Assembly: GCA_963693365.1 (NCBI GenBank)
Contig: CAVNZM010000001.1
Coordinates: forward strand, 2,186,907 to 2,250,906
Length of the DNA stretch: 64,000 nucleotides
Direction of reading: 5' to 3'
Origin: Amoebidium appalachense
Lineage: Eukaryota > Protista > Ichthyosporea
A model generated the notes under the pieces. That model saw nothing but the letters and a program-made list of their open reading frames with translations. It had not been told where the DNA came from and made no database searches. Each line of letters begins with the position of its first letter. The stretch's first letter is position 1. Both the position numbers and the translations under genes were made by a program. Positions 1-12,805 of the stretch are shown one piece after another.

Positions 1-104
1 ACGGTGTGAGCCTCGTGTGTGTGCCCCCTCCCCCCCCCCCCCCCCCCCACCCACCACCACAACCACCACCACCACCACCACCACAAAAAAAAAAAAAAAA
101 AAAA

Positions 105-143
<39 letters not shown>

Positions 144-304
144 GAAGGAAGGAAAACTCCCGAAGCCCAGAAAAAGGACCCACAGGGCAAGGAGAGGATA
201 CTACGGCCGAAAAACCTTTAATATTACTGTAGACCCTTAACCGTATCATAGTACGGGTATATTGAAAGTGAGTGACCCACATGTCCCGTACTGAGATGTG
301 TAGT

Positions 305-425
305 ATATGTATGTATGTATGTATGTATGTAGGTATGTAGGTATGTATGTATGTATGTATATGTATCATGAGATGCCATGTATGTATCTATCTATGTATG
401 TATACATGATATATATATCTATGTG
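305..425. repeat. Degenerate (TATG)n microsatellite
   Basis: Tandem tatg/tagg/tatc units seen directly. Confidence 0.85.
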
Positions 426-499
426 TATTTATAAAGCATAATATGTAAAACCAGCCCCCGGGTATGATGATATGGCAAAACAGCACTCGCATTCCTGCT

Positions 500-554
500 G
501 CATTAATTAAGGCCTCCTAAATAGCACACCTATTTAGGAGGCCTTGGCATTAAT
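500..554. mobile_element. 39-bp P-element remnant/excision footprint (508-546) flanked by an 8-bp TSD GCATTAAT
   Basis: gcattaat|taaggcctcctaaatag-cacac-ctatttaggaggccttg|gcattaat. Both halves match the termini of the P element at 5154-16916. Confidence 0.9.
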
Positions 555-1811
555 TCACGGAGGGCTAAAAATAAAATTATATCATAACTTAGCTGTTTTA
601 AACTTCTAATTTATTACTGTAGCGTGCACCAAATATAGTCAACGCTCTATCACCTGTTGAACTTGGTAGGTAGATATTTTTGGCTTATTATTATCAACGG
701 GTTTCAAGTCACACCGTTCAAGTTCGTGGAGAAAATACAATAATGGCCTACATTGTATACATGTGAGCCGCGCATTCCTACCGCATTCTTTTTTCAATCC
801 TGCCATCAGCAGTACCGTGAGTTCTACAAGAAAACATGATTGGTCTTATGTCATAACTTTTCACCCCATAGGTAAGTATGTACAGATGTATGGAGTGTAC
901 TCAGAGGAAGCGGTGCGTAACGTGTGGACGATAAGAACCGGTACCATAAAGCTTTTTCCAAATCAACCGTGTATGCGTCTTTACACTCTTTATATTGTTT
1001 TAAAAGGTCGGCCTATACGTTCATGCATCCTGCAAACCTTTTTCTGTGCATGCATACAACGATATCGATCAAGAAAATACTACATAGTTGGCAGCTGAGC
1101 TCCTCACTAACTAATACGTACGTACATGTCGCTTTTCCTTTTTTTTTTTTTTTTAGCTAGCTGTTTATGTAGCATTTCATTTTGATAACACCGTACCCGA
1201 CATCGAATATATATCTATGTACCAGGTCGATAACGCTAGGGGAATACGAAGCAAATAAATATCCCCTCATGGCTGAGACTGGCCTCTCTCTTGTGCCCCA
1301 GGGCCGGGTAAGCCTATATTTTGTAGGCTTGGTAAACTGCGTTAACCCCTTGCTATGTCAATGGCATTTGAATTTCTCTTGTGTATGTATTGTCCATGAT
1401 ATTAGTACTGGCGCGCCGTGCACAGACACGGAGGATTTGTTCCAGCTGCAGCTTTCTCGAGAAAAGTGTGTATATCTCCTTACCTCGTGTATGCCTGAAA
1501 TGTACATACGTAGGCTGATATGGTTATGCAACCTGCAAGGCTGCAAGCCTGCAACACCATTTTCTACTATGTCACAACGAAAGTAACGTGTGTGCACGTC
1601 CTTGCTGCACGTACGTTCAGTATGTAACGTGCCTGTCAATGGCATTCGGATTTATTCTTGTCGCTATTCGAAGCTTTGTAAACCTAACTTACTTGTTACC
1701 TAAGGCTTTTAACTTAGCTTAATAAGGTTATTCGGCGAAACGGCGTAGTCTGAATGGCTATATATCATGAGCAGATCTTCGCACTCAGATTCTAACCCAG
1801 GCGCAGGCCGG

Positions 1812-1818
1812 TATAAAA
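1812..1818 (+). promoter_or_regulatory. Candidate TATA box of the Cys-rich protein gene
   Basis: TATAAAA about 100 nt upstream of ATG 1917. Confidence 0.45.
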
Positions 1819-1916
1819 AAAGCAGCTTGTGCGCAATGCCACAAAGTACAACATTTGGACAAACCACGTCCTGACCTGTTTTCAAACTCTGTCTACCGTT
1901 TGGTACTACAGAAAAG

Positions 1917-2739
1917 ATGCCACCTCTATACTCTCGCGTGCTGGCCGCTCTCCGTCACCAATGTCGCGGCGTTCGGCCTCTGCTACTACAGTGGCGGGCC
2001 TAAGAGTTGCCAAGCGAGCCCTAGCACCGGAGTGTGCGTAAACGTGGGGTTTGGTGACTGTATAAGCGTGACGGATACTTGGGGCGTGCCCGCCCCAATC
2101 AAGGGCGACAACAACTACGTTATGTTTAAGAAAGGCACCAGCAGTAACACGTACGACATGACATACTACAGCGAGGGATGCTCTGGCGACTATACACCCA
2201 CAGAGTCCAATCTTGGCGTACCCTTCAACTTCTGTTCCGGGAACAACGCATTCCTAGGTTACCTGGGTTATGATGTGGCGCCACCCCCGCCCCCACCACC
2301 CCCCGCACCCACCTCTTCAGCACGCACGTCGACGACGTCCTCACGCACTCCCACGAGCAGCCGGGTGTCTTCGACGACCACTCGAGCTCCCACGAGCAGC
2401 CGGGTGTCTTCGACGACCACCTCTACACCCAGGCCAGCACCTACTACCGTGACACCTCTACCGACTGTCACCGGACTAGTCAGCTGTGACAAAATGGTGA
2501 AGTGTGCGGCCTACAAGCCCGATCCCAAGACCTGCGGGGTGATGCGCTGCAAGGCTGGGGTGAGCTGGAACACAACAATGCCGTGCAATGAAAACTACTG
2601 CTGCTTCACGCCCGGAACACGTGGCAACTGTCTGGCTGTGGACTGCCCAAAAGGAACAAAACGCACTACCAAAAACTGCAAACTGTGGGCTGGGTCGACA
2701 GAGGCGTGCTGCAAAGACTATTGCTGCAAGAAAAAATGA
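1917..2739 (+). CDS. Putative secreted Cys-rich protein with a Pro/Ser/Thr (mucin-like) linker; apparent frameshift in the signal peptide
   Basis: ORF 1855-2739 has an N-terminal Cys domain, a P8/ST-rich linker with an internal duplication and a C-terminal Cys-rich region (two ...CC repeats). ATG 1917 gives MPPLYSRVLAAL in another frame; adding 2 nt in the CTCTC at ~1948-1952 joins it to SVTNVAA-FGLC, a plausible signal peptide. Confidence 0.65.
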
Positions 2740-4045
2740 TGGAATTAATATTCCTCAAGGCAATGATGCAATACCATCAAACCAATGGCATCATGTTACC
2801 TAGGTGAGCCAAAAAGTTGAATATGTAATCAATTTGCTAACACTTGCCAGTGGCTTGTAATGACCTTGATTTTTGCTGAATTTGAGCACACCACGTGCAC
2901 TAGTGGGTCAGACTAGTGTCAGTGCCGAAGACTTTATTACTATAAATATGTCACGAGTGTCGCCCATTTAGTATTAGATTGGCCTTTTAACTTTTGACGG
3001 ATATACTGATGGTAGATATGATGCTGTCTGTGGAGCCTTCATCAGCTGTGCGGCAGGCCCAGGATACAAAAAGTAAAACAATCAGGTACAATAAACCTTA
3101 ACGTGTGAGTCGTGCAAAAATGCCATCCAGAAACTTTAACTGCACCAACAAAAAGGGTTTGTGTCACAGTGTGATTGTCACCGCGTTAAACGGTGGTATG
3201 TGTATCATCGATTGCAACTGGGTGTTTTTGCCCAATCACAAAGGCCATTTATATTACATACAGTGTCACGGTGCACAGTGTGTCTACTTATTGTGGATAA
3301 GCTCTCAGTACGAACTTACATGTGTGTGTTGGTCTGCTGTGATGTCGATGTCGAGCCTTTTCGAAGTTTCTGGTACAGTCCCTGTCCATCATCAAACTCT
3401 CTTCGTGTGAGCGCATGACGGTCCCGATGTAGCCTCAGTGAAGTTTGCAATGGAGTTGAGTCACTGTGACAGTGTGCATGTAACTTTTGTGTTGGAGGTG
3501 AACCACGATAAGCCACGATGTGTGCAAGTGTAATTCTATGTGTGTGCGTTCTCTAGATCTGTCTCTGTGAGATGAACTTGCGGATTCCGAATCCGGTGAC
3601 AAAAGTCACTGGTTTTTTTTTGGTTTATTTTTTATTTTTAGGGCTTGAGGTACATTGCACGATTTTTCAGTCGTGTGTACCTGGCCTTTTATGCAAACTG
3701 CATCATGCGGCATGGTGATTGTACACGTGTTTTTGGATGTTTTTTGTTTGCGTTCAACTTGGCATTGAATCTAGTTATCGAACACTGCTGTGCCCCCTTC
3801 CTCCCCCCCCCCCCCCCCCCTCCGACCCCGGGCTCACGGGCCTCTTTCCTCCCTCCCCCCCCCCCCCCCCTCCCCTCTCCCCCCCCTCCCCCTCTCCGCC
3901 CCCTCCCTCTCCCCTACCTCCCCCCTCTCCCCCTCCCATTCCTGAGCCTTACATTCACCGTTGCCAAGGCACGAAGAAAGGGTTGGCCCAACAAAATTGA
4001 AGCACAGATCGCGACGAATGATTGAAATTGTTTTTTTTTTTTTTT

Positions 4046-4086
<41 letters not shown>

Positions 4087-4269
4087 GGGGGAATAGGAAC
4101 GAATGTAAGGGGAACGGGGAGGGGGGGGGGGGGGGGGGGTGGAGCCGGGGCTACAGGGGTGGTTCACCATTAAGAAAACAGGTAAATTGGGGCTAGAGTC
4201 CATAATCTTAACGTTTCTGGGATGTAGGGTTCATTATCTTACCCCCCCCCCCCCACCCCGGGGGACCCA

Positions 4270-4302
<33 letters not shown>

Positions 4303-4451
4303 GACATATACACAGCTGAAGTGTGTGGTTATCGGATTAGCCCCTCTCCTCCTGCTAAAGGTTTTGTCAAAAATTTAAGCTGGATTGTGTTCGTGGGTTA
4401 ATTTGTAAGCTGTTTTGTTTTAATTTGTTTTGAGGCGTGCGCCCGCGCGGG

Positions 4452-4485
<34 letters not shown>

Positions 4486-4599
4486 CACACACACACACAC
4501 AGCCTGAGACACACACACGCACGCACGCACGCACGCACAGACCCACACACACACGCACACACACACACACACACACGCACAAACACAAACACACACATG

Positions 4600-4667
<68 letters not shown>

Positions 4668-6971
4668 CACACACACACACAAACACCACACTCTGAACAA
4701 ACAGGTGCATCCGCTCGCACACGTATCCAAAGTTTTAACCCACATACACACTCTCTCAGACTGACTTGTGGAAACCACACACACGATGATTCGTCAAGTT
4801 GTATAGGATACTAAGAAAACCCAGGCTGTGCCACTCGATTTGCAATTGGTAGAAGCTAAATGAGCCTCTATTATCTTTTTTTTATTTTATCCCGTTTCAC
4901 TCCCGGAGAGGCACTGCCTCAGAGGAGCTTACCGTCTTCCGCCTAGACACTGATCGTACTCTATCTATAGCACACTCATAGTCAGGATTCTAATTGACCC
5001 CAACTGGCACTATTTTTAGTTACGCCTTATCCCACGGTTCTAGCCGCAGCAACGCTAGTGGGGAAGTGAGCACAGCTCACTTTAACAACACCAGCCGGGA
5101 GCGACCCGGGACACATACACAAACATAAAGGCTTGAAAGGGAAGACCCCATGCCAAGGCCTCGTAAATAGCACACCGGGCCGAGGCACGAGGTCGTCACA
5201 TATGAGTAGTGACGTCATCAAGAGTAGGGTAAGCTTCCAGCCGAATCCAGCGAAATGATTGGCCAACTGAGGAACTCGCGAAACCCGGTAAAGGCGATTT
5301 CGATTGGATAGAAGATTTTTGACTGCCATTTAGTGATTGGACAATACAGCAAATGGCGGGCTTTTGGTGTTCTTTGTATACTCGGGAAATTGTGGGGTAC
5401 CAACAATAAGGATAAGGCAAAACCAACAATATTAGTATCTAGTCTGTTTTAATAGCTTTATGAAATAACAAATACGTCAAAGCGCTCATTTATTTAACAT
5501 TTAAATGGTTTATGCCGTTTTTTTGGCGTTTAAAATATAATTTTAGGGAGTTATTTTAAGGGGTTAAGACTTTAAGTTGACGTAAGTACAAATACTTCAT
5601 CAATCCCCATCGATCTGTCGTTGTGATCTAGGGGGCTGTGTGCCGGCCGCTTGTGTTGCTGCTACACGTGGAAAAGTAACTATTTCTTTGCCACCACTTT
5701 ACGTGAAGTGCTCCTGCATTATATATAAAAAAGGCTGGGCAGTGCCACTTTGGCCACGCCCAGCCGCTACGCAGATGCCAAGATCTTGTGCTGTCTACGG
5801 CTGCACAACTAATTACAAAGGGCACGAGAGTGCATCTTGTTTTGCTTTTCCTAACAAAACTAAAGAGCCCGAGCGTTTTCACAAGTGGGCCAGTTTCTGC
5901 AAATGCCAAGACTTAACGGTAAATAGTAACACAAGCTGTATAGGTATTTGTATCAAACATTTTAGGCCCGAACAACTTGACCTACATCAGCAGTAGGTTT
6001 TGACTACAAAGATCCTAAAACAGATACCCGAGGTGCAAAAAGGATCAGATTCCTTGCATATTCAACACAGAACTGAATATAGTCATAGAGGAAAAGACAC
6101 CCAGGAGAAACCCAGAGGATAGACGAGAAGAGCAAAACAAACGAGGAAAGCTCCAGGAAGAGGCTGAGAAGGCTTGGCTAGAACAACTTGACACCATACA
6201 CTCGTTCAGCGAGTTGTGCGACAACTTCTTAGACCGTCTAAATAGCGTAGGCACGCTGGGGCTCTGGCAAGTCACACAAACGAGCAGTGAAAGCATACAA
6301 GCGGTACTGCTGACAACAGTTACCCCGTCATTTCCCGGCGGGTGCCCTTTCCCTTTGTGGGGGCAGTGGTAACTGTTGATCATAACCTTTCTGCAGTGCC
6401 TGTTGTGCACACACCGTCTGTGTTTGGGGCTACATCTTATTCGGTTTCGGTTGACTCGCACACGTCACATTCTATATCTCGGTGGTCCGAGTTGTACCAG
6501 TTACTTCATTCGTGCAAGGAGAAGGCCAACTCAGCAAAGCCAACGACAGTGGGCATTGGGAGCGAGCGTGAGCAGATAAAGGCGGTGCTGCCGCGGCCTC
6601 CTCTAGGGCTTGCCAGAGAATTTCTGAAGCAACATCTCTGGGAGCTAGTCGAGGAAGCGGAGTCGGACGAATGCGAGCAGGAGGCACGCTTTTTCGGGTT
6701 CATCTGCGAACAGCTCCGTTTGTTTTCAGTCCCAAAGAACAACCGGAGGTACGAAACCAACGCGTTTTCATTTTCCCTCGAGCTACGCTCACGATCACAC
6801 ACGGCCTACCGTGCACTATCCCGCAGCGGCTTTCTAGTACTTCCGAACGATCGCACATTAGATCGCAAAACCAACGGTCTTTCTCCAACCGCCGCCCTTT
6901 CTCCGGACGGTGCCAACCTCTTCGTAACCTTTCAACACGCCAACAGCAGTGTGAACCGCACGAGTTGCTTT

Positions 6972-7909
6972 TGTTAACATAACCTGTTAACTTCTATAAG
7001 TATTTGGGATGTAAGCAGAGACACAGTGGTGCAGTGTGAAAACACCACAGACACACACAACAACAAAACACGGAACGATCGGAGCAGTGTACACAACAGA
7101 CATCAATGTTTAGACACGACTGAACTGAATTTATTCTGATCTTCGAATAAATACCTGAAATTCCTCTAAGTCCAATCCATACATGATTTCCGACCAGTCG
7201 GAAATCAGATCCATCTCTAATAGAAACCAATCACTAAGAACCAATTGCTTTCAGAGAGATCCGGTACGCGGAGGCGTACACGATAGGACACAGACACTAG
7301 TTAGGATCAACTCGTGTCATCATCAAGGAAGTTCTAACCTATGACATACTGCAAAGACTCAGACATATCACACTTAACCTTGATGATTGGTTAAAGCCCG
7401 GCAACACATGAAAACTAAAGTGAATTAATGAAGTCTAAACACACATGCTATTCTAAGTGTAGCCTAAGTGTGTTACCGTCCAATGAACACGTATTAAGTA
7501 ACACAAATCTACCTAACATATATTAGTAGAAAAGAAATACGATTATACACATGAAGACAAGGAGAGAAAGAAAAGAAAATAAGGAAGGAGAAAGAGGAAG
7601 GAAAAGAGAGCACAGATCAACAAACAAGATAGTAATAGCATAACTATAACCAGAGATATTTATGTACACACGAACATGTACACGTCTCTCCCTGAGTGGG
7701 TGGATCCGTGTACACACATATAAATATTCTAATCGATATTACAATACACGATTAAAGCCGATACAACACGATTACAAGTATACAAGCATATCGGAGATCG
7801 ATGCTACACTTTACATAATAGGAGTGTGGCATTTACACTAAGCATATGAACTGAAACATAACACAAACTGAGAAGATCTTACCATATGTAAATACTACGT
7901 ATTACAACA
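6972..7909 (-). repeat. Copia 3' LTR
   Basis: Direct repeat of 12806-13743 (offset 5834; identical ORFs in the track). Confidence 0.97.
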
Positions 7910-8335
7910 TCCCCACTTAAGACTTTGAAGTTTGTGTTATCATATCCCCACTGAACTAGTGAAATCTCCCCACTTGAGAACAGAAACGGAAAAAAAAAAA
8001 TTAAAGTGTGTACTTTTCCCGGGGGGGGGGGGGGGGGGGAGAAGGGGGGGGGGAGGGGGGGGGGGGGGGGGAAGGGGGGGGGAAGGGGGGGGGAAGGGGG
8101 GGGGGGGGAGGGGGGGAAGGAACCGGGGCAAAAACAACGAATATATATAACGTGTATAGGCGGTGTTTGATTAACTGGGTTTTAAACCAGTGAAAGATAG
8201 AGTAGAGTGATGGTACAGGTCAAACCTTATATATAAACCCTAAGTGGGCATACCCACAAAGGCAATACATATGATATAATGATGTTGATAAAGTAAGTAG
8301 TACACATGAGAAAATCACTCTTGAAGTAGGTCGGG

Positions 8336-11300
8336 TCAATCCACAATATCCGGTAAACAAAGTCGAGCACGATGGTGGACATGACTCGGGCCGGGGAGGG
8401 GTTTGGTGAGTATGTCAGCTAAGTTGTGGGCTGACTCAACGTAGTGGACAACCACGTCCCCACTGGCAATGTAGTCCTTGGTGTTGTGATACCGGACGGC
8501 AATGTGTTTGGTACGGTGCTTGATGCCGGTGGAGTTGACGATGGCAATGGTCGACTGGTTGTCACAGTACACCGGAGTCGGAGCAAGCATGGGACAGCCG
8601 AGTTCCTTGAAGAGGTCACGGACCCAAGCAACTTCTTGGGTGCCAGCATTGAGAGCAATCAGCTCAGCTTCAGTGGTGCTGGTGGCCGTGATGGGCTGGA
8701 GCTTGGAGTACCAGATGACGGGCATACCAGCAAACACGATAATGTAGCCGGTGGTAGACTTCTTGCTGTCGGCACAACCAGCAAAGTCAGCATCCGTGTA
8801 GCATTCGAGTATGGGGGACTGGGTGGCCGAGTACTTGTAGTCAATGCCAAGGTCAATGGTGCCGAGCAGGTACCGGGCCACACGACGGAGAAGGTCCCAG
8901 TGAGTCTTGCCGGGGTTGGTGCTGAACCGACCAAGGAAGCCGATGGCATAGGCAATGTCGGGACGTGTGCACCGTGCCACCCAGAGGAGACGGCCGAGTA
9001 ACTCACGGTAGGGCACGGTGAACGGTTGGGGGGGGCAATCAGCCAGGGAGACGGTGGTGCCTGCAGGGATGGGGGTAGACTTGGACTTGGCATCGGTGAG
9101 GTTGAAGTCGTGGATGATATCCATGATGTAAGACCTCTGGTGCATGTGGAGGTGATGGGGATCAGAGTGATTAAAATCAACACCGAGCATACGGTCAAAT
9201 GGACTCATACGACAGCTGGCCATCTTGCTGATGTGGGCAGCCAGGTCACTGGCAGCAGTAGAACCCCGGGTGTTGGTGATGGTGGAGTCATCGACGTAGT
9301 TACCAGCCCGTACCACATCGTTGTTGGGGAAGAACCGGAGGTAGATGCACGGGTCGGTCTTAGTACGGGTCAGGCCATGGGCAAGAAGAATGCCGTCGAG
9401 GAAGTCGTACCAAGCCTTGGAGGCTTGCTTGAGGCCGTACAGGGCTTTCTTGAGTCTCCAGACCTTGCCAAGTGTGGCCATGGTGATGAATCCCGGGGGT
9501 TGTTTCATGTAGATGGTCTCGGTGAGTGGGCTGTTGAGAAAGGCCGTAGACACGTCGAGTTGATGTATGTCATGACCTTCAACAACGGCCAGAGCTAGGA
9601 TGGCACGGAGAGCAGCCGGACGGATGACAGGGCTCTCAATCAACTCATAGTCAACACCGTATTGCTGACTGAAGCCTTGAGCAACACCACGTGCCTTGAT
9701 CTTGGTGTCACCAGCCGAGTTGAGAGTTTTCTCGGAGACAATCCACTTGAAGCCGACGATGTTAGCACCAGGGGGAGGGTCAACAAGTTCAAAGATGTCT
9801 TTGTCGACGAAGGCTTGATACTCAGCAGTCAGGGCTGACTTGACCTGATCACCATTGGGTCCGGAACAGAGTTGACGGACAAGTTTGGGTAGTTGGTCGA
9901 TGTTGATGGGGGGACCGGGGGGGACTGGCAGGGTGGTGGTGGCTTGAAGTCCAACCTTGCCCTGGAGACGGGCAGAACGACGGGGTGCAGGAACCGGGGT
10001 AGGTGGAGACGGTGGGGGGGGAACTTGGAAGTTCGGAAGTGCAGGGGGGGGCAACCTCCGGGCTGGACGGGGCCGAGTGGAAGTTGTCGGGGGAGCCGGG
10101 TCGGATGGGTGTGACGTTGCCAGGGCCAGGATGAGGGTCGGCAGGCTGGACGGGCACGGGGGCAGGGGGGCCGGTGGGGGGGGGTGTCGGGGGAACGACG
10201 ATGGCAGGAGGGGGGCCAGAGTACACCAGACAAACATCATCTTCAGTGTCAACTGTGGGGGGTGGGGTGGTCGAGGTAGCAGTGGTGTCGGGGGTCGGAA
10301 GGGTTGATGGAATGTCGGACGGGAGATAAGCTGATTCGTCGAAAATCACATCACGGAAGAGGCCGACACGATGGGTGGTGGCATTGAAGATCCGGTGGCA
10401 GTGTGATTGAAGATCATAGCCGATATACATGCCGAGTTTGACGGTGGGGGCCAGCTTGTTCCGTTTAGAGGCTGGCACGTGAGTGTAGGCAGGGCAACCG
10501 AACACTTTGAGCTCGGAGATGTCGGGCTTGACACCGTAGAAAACCTCGAATGGTGTACGACCATTGGCAGTCGTGGACGGGGTGACGTTGATGATGTAGG
10601 CGGCATGTTGGAGGGCCTCAGCCCACAGTTTGGGGGACAGAGACTGATCTTGGACTTGATGGAGGAGGCAACGGACAATCTCTTGGAGGAACCGCATACG
10701 TCGTTCAACATAGCCGTTCAGTTGAGGGCAGTCCACCGGAGCATAGCTGGCCTTGATGCCCTGGGAGAGGCAAAAAGCACGGGTATCCTTGGAGGTGAAC
10801 TCAGAGCCGGAGTCGAAGTGGTAAACACCAACTTTGGAGGGGGCATGGGTGGCAACGAGGTTGGTGTGAGCTGTGAGAATATCCAGGGTGGTGGTACGGT
10901 CGGCCATCGGGTAGATCTTGACGAGGCCAGAGGCACGGCAGACAGTGACGAGAGCAACCTTGGAACCTCCGTACGATGTTGTGGTAGGCTCAAAAAAATC
11001 CCAATGCCATTCATGACCGGGGATGTTGGAGTGAGGACGGTCACCCCTGAACGGAGCCTTGGTGGTCTTACCCATAATGCAGCCATGACAATCAGGAACA
11101 TCACAGTCGAGGACAGAGGAGGGGAGACCAATAACAAGGTCGTGTTTCACCATGTCCTTGATGCTGGTCATAGCTCGGTGCCCCAGACGATGGTGCCAGA
11201 TGGATGGGTTAACACTGGTAGTGGCAGCCAGAGCCACAGGACGAGTGGGTGGTTGAATGGTGTAGTCCTTGAAGTAATACAGACCGTTGTGTAGACGGAG

Positions 11301-12743
11301 GTTGACGAGATGACGGCCGGTGAGTCGGTCGAAGAGGAATGACGGAGTGGAGGCATCGTTCAAATCACCCTTGATGTATTCGGCAGCAGCTTGGGATGTT
11401 GAAATGAGGAAGGCTTGGCCAGACGGGGTGTAGTAGGCTTCAATGGTTAGGGTGGTAGTGCCATGGTCGGTGGTGGTGTTGATGACGATATGGCCGGTGT
11501 GAGTGGCCAAGACGGGGGTGCCATTGAAGGCAGCAACGGGAGTCGGTGTCGGAAGGGGAGTGAGGTCATGGAAGAACTCACGGGTGGGGCAAACAGTCAT
11601 GTTGCACCCGGAATCCCAGGCAGGGTCGGAGGACACGGGGACGGAGCTAGCATTGTATGCCGAGAAAGCAAAGGAGACAGATTTCTCACTGCCTTGACGG
11701 GAACGGTTGTGTCTGGACATACGGCATTTCGGCTCAGGGCAATCGATGATCGTGTGATCAGGCTCGTGGCAGTAGGAGCATTCTTTCACGGACGGGGTGT
11801 TAGAACGAGCCGGGGAATCAGAACGACGGGAACCCGAGAAACGGGAACGACTGGGGGAACGAGACGTGGACCGGAAGGCAGGCCGGTGGGGGGAACGGGA
11901 TCGGGTGTGCTGACGGGAGAGACGAGTTCGGAGGTCCGTGCCAGAGGTACGGTCAAGTCGGGTGCGTAAGTCACGGCGAGGAAGATCACGGGGGGGAGCA
12001 CTGGCATTTAATGCCATGCTGGACTTGGAGGCACGGTGGGCACGGTTGTTCCGGAGTTGCATCTTGAGGTCTTGACGTAACTCGATGCCCTTGACGTGGT
12101 TATGGAGGGACTCGAAGTCGGGGAATAGCTTATCACCGAAGTGATAGTCTTCGATAAGACGATTGAACTCAGGGGTGAGGTCGTCTCTGGTGGTGAGTTC
12201 ATTGAAGAACTTCTCAGCTAGACGAGTGAAGTGAATGGACTCATCTTGGAGAGACTGGAGCTGGTTCACGATGGTCTGCAGACGGCTCAGGTAGGTGGTG
12301 AATGATTCACCGGGCTGAAGGGCACAGGCATCCCACTGACGGTGAAGGATGCGGATCTGATCGGGTTTGCCTTGGAGATAGTGTTGACGGAATTTCCACA
12401 TGGCCCGTTCAGGGTCCATGCCAATACGGTACTGGGCAACGGTGGTGAGGACGGAAGGGTCGATGTTCTGTATCATATGGAGCAGGAGGCAATTGCGGGC
12501 CTCTTTGAGTTCCGCGGTAGTGCCGTAGCCATAGAAGGGGGGTTCACCGTCAACCGCAACGGTGGTAGGGGGGACGTAGTTGTCAGCAAGGACAACATCC
12601 ACGAGTCGGACACCTTTAGTGCCGGTCATCATGCCGAGAAAAATGATTTCCCATTGAAAATAGGTAGTTTTGCTATCGGGACCAGTCTTCCCTTCACCTT
12701 TCCACATGGTGATTTTGTTTACGCCAGTTTTGTTTGGATCCAT
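8336..12743 (-). CDS. Copia Gag-Pol polyprotein, one frameshift near G-runs at ~10014-10052
   Basis: CSYCHEPDHTIIDC zinc knuckle, WDSGC protease, WHHRLGH/CxxC and DDE integrase, KARGVAQGFSQ..GVDY, LKKALYGLKQAS, YVDD RT, TDADFA/DNQS/ADILTKPL RNase H. Confidence 0.93.
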
Positions 12744-12791
12744 GATTGAAAAACGAGCGCGAGTTCTAGATGTGTGTAGGGAGCGTACAAA

Positions 12792-12805
12792 AGGGCTGCA
12801 TAACC
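12792..12805 (-). promoter_or_regulatory. Primer-binding site, half-tRNAiMet (Ty5/copia) type
   Basis: Minus strand GGTTATGCAGCCCT directly after the 5' LTR; complementary to the tRNAiMet anticodon arm (AGGGCUCAUAACC) with one extra C. Confidence 0.7.

Noticed and set aside
6994-7717. Duplicated small ORFs (78 aa, 64 aa)
   Set aside because: They are duplicated only because they lie in the LTRs.
8233-8243. Telomere-like TAAACCC motifs
   Set aside because: Single isolated occurrences, not arrays.
8419-12749. Long plus-strand and alternative-frame ORFs within the Copia
   Set aside because: Shadow ORFs of a GC-rich Gag-Pol with no motifs.
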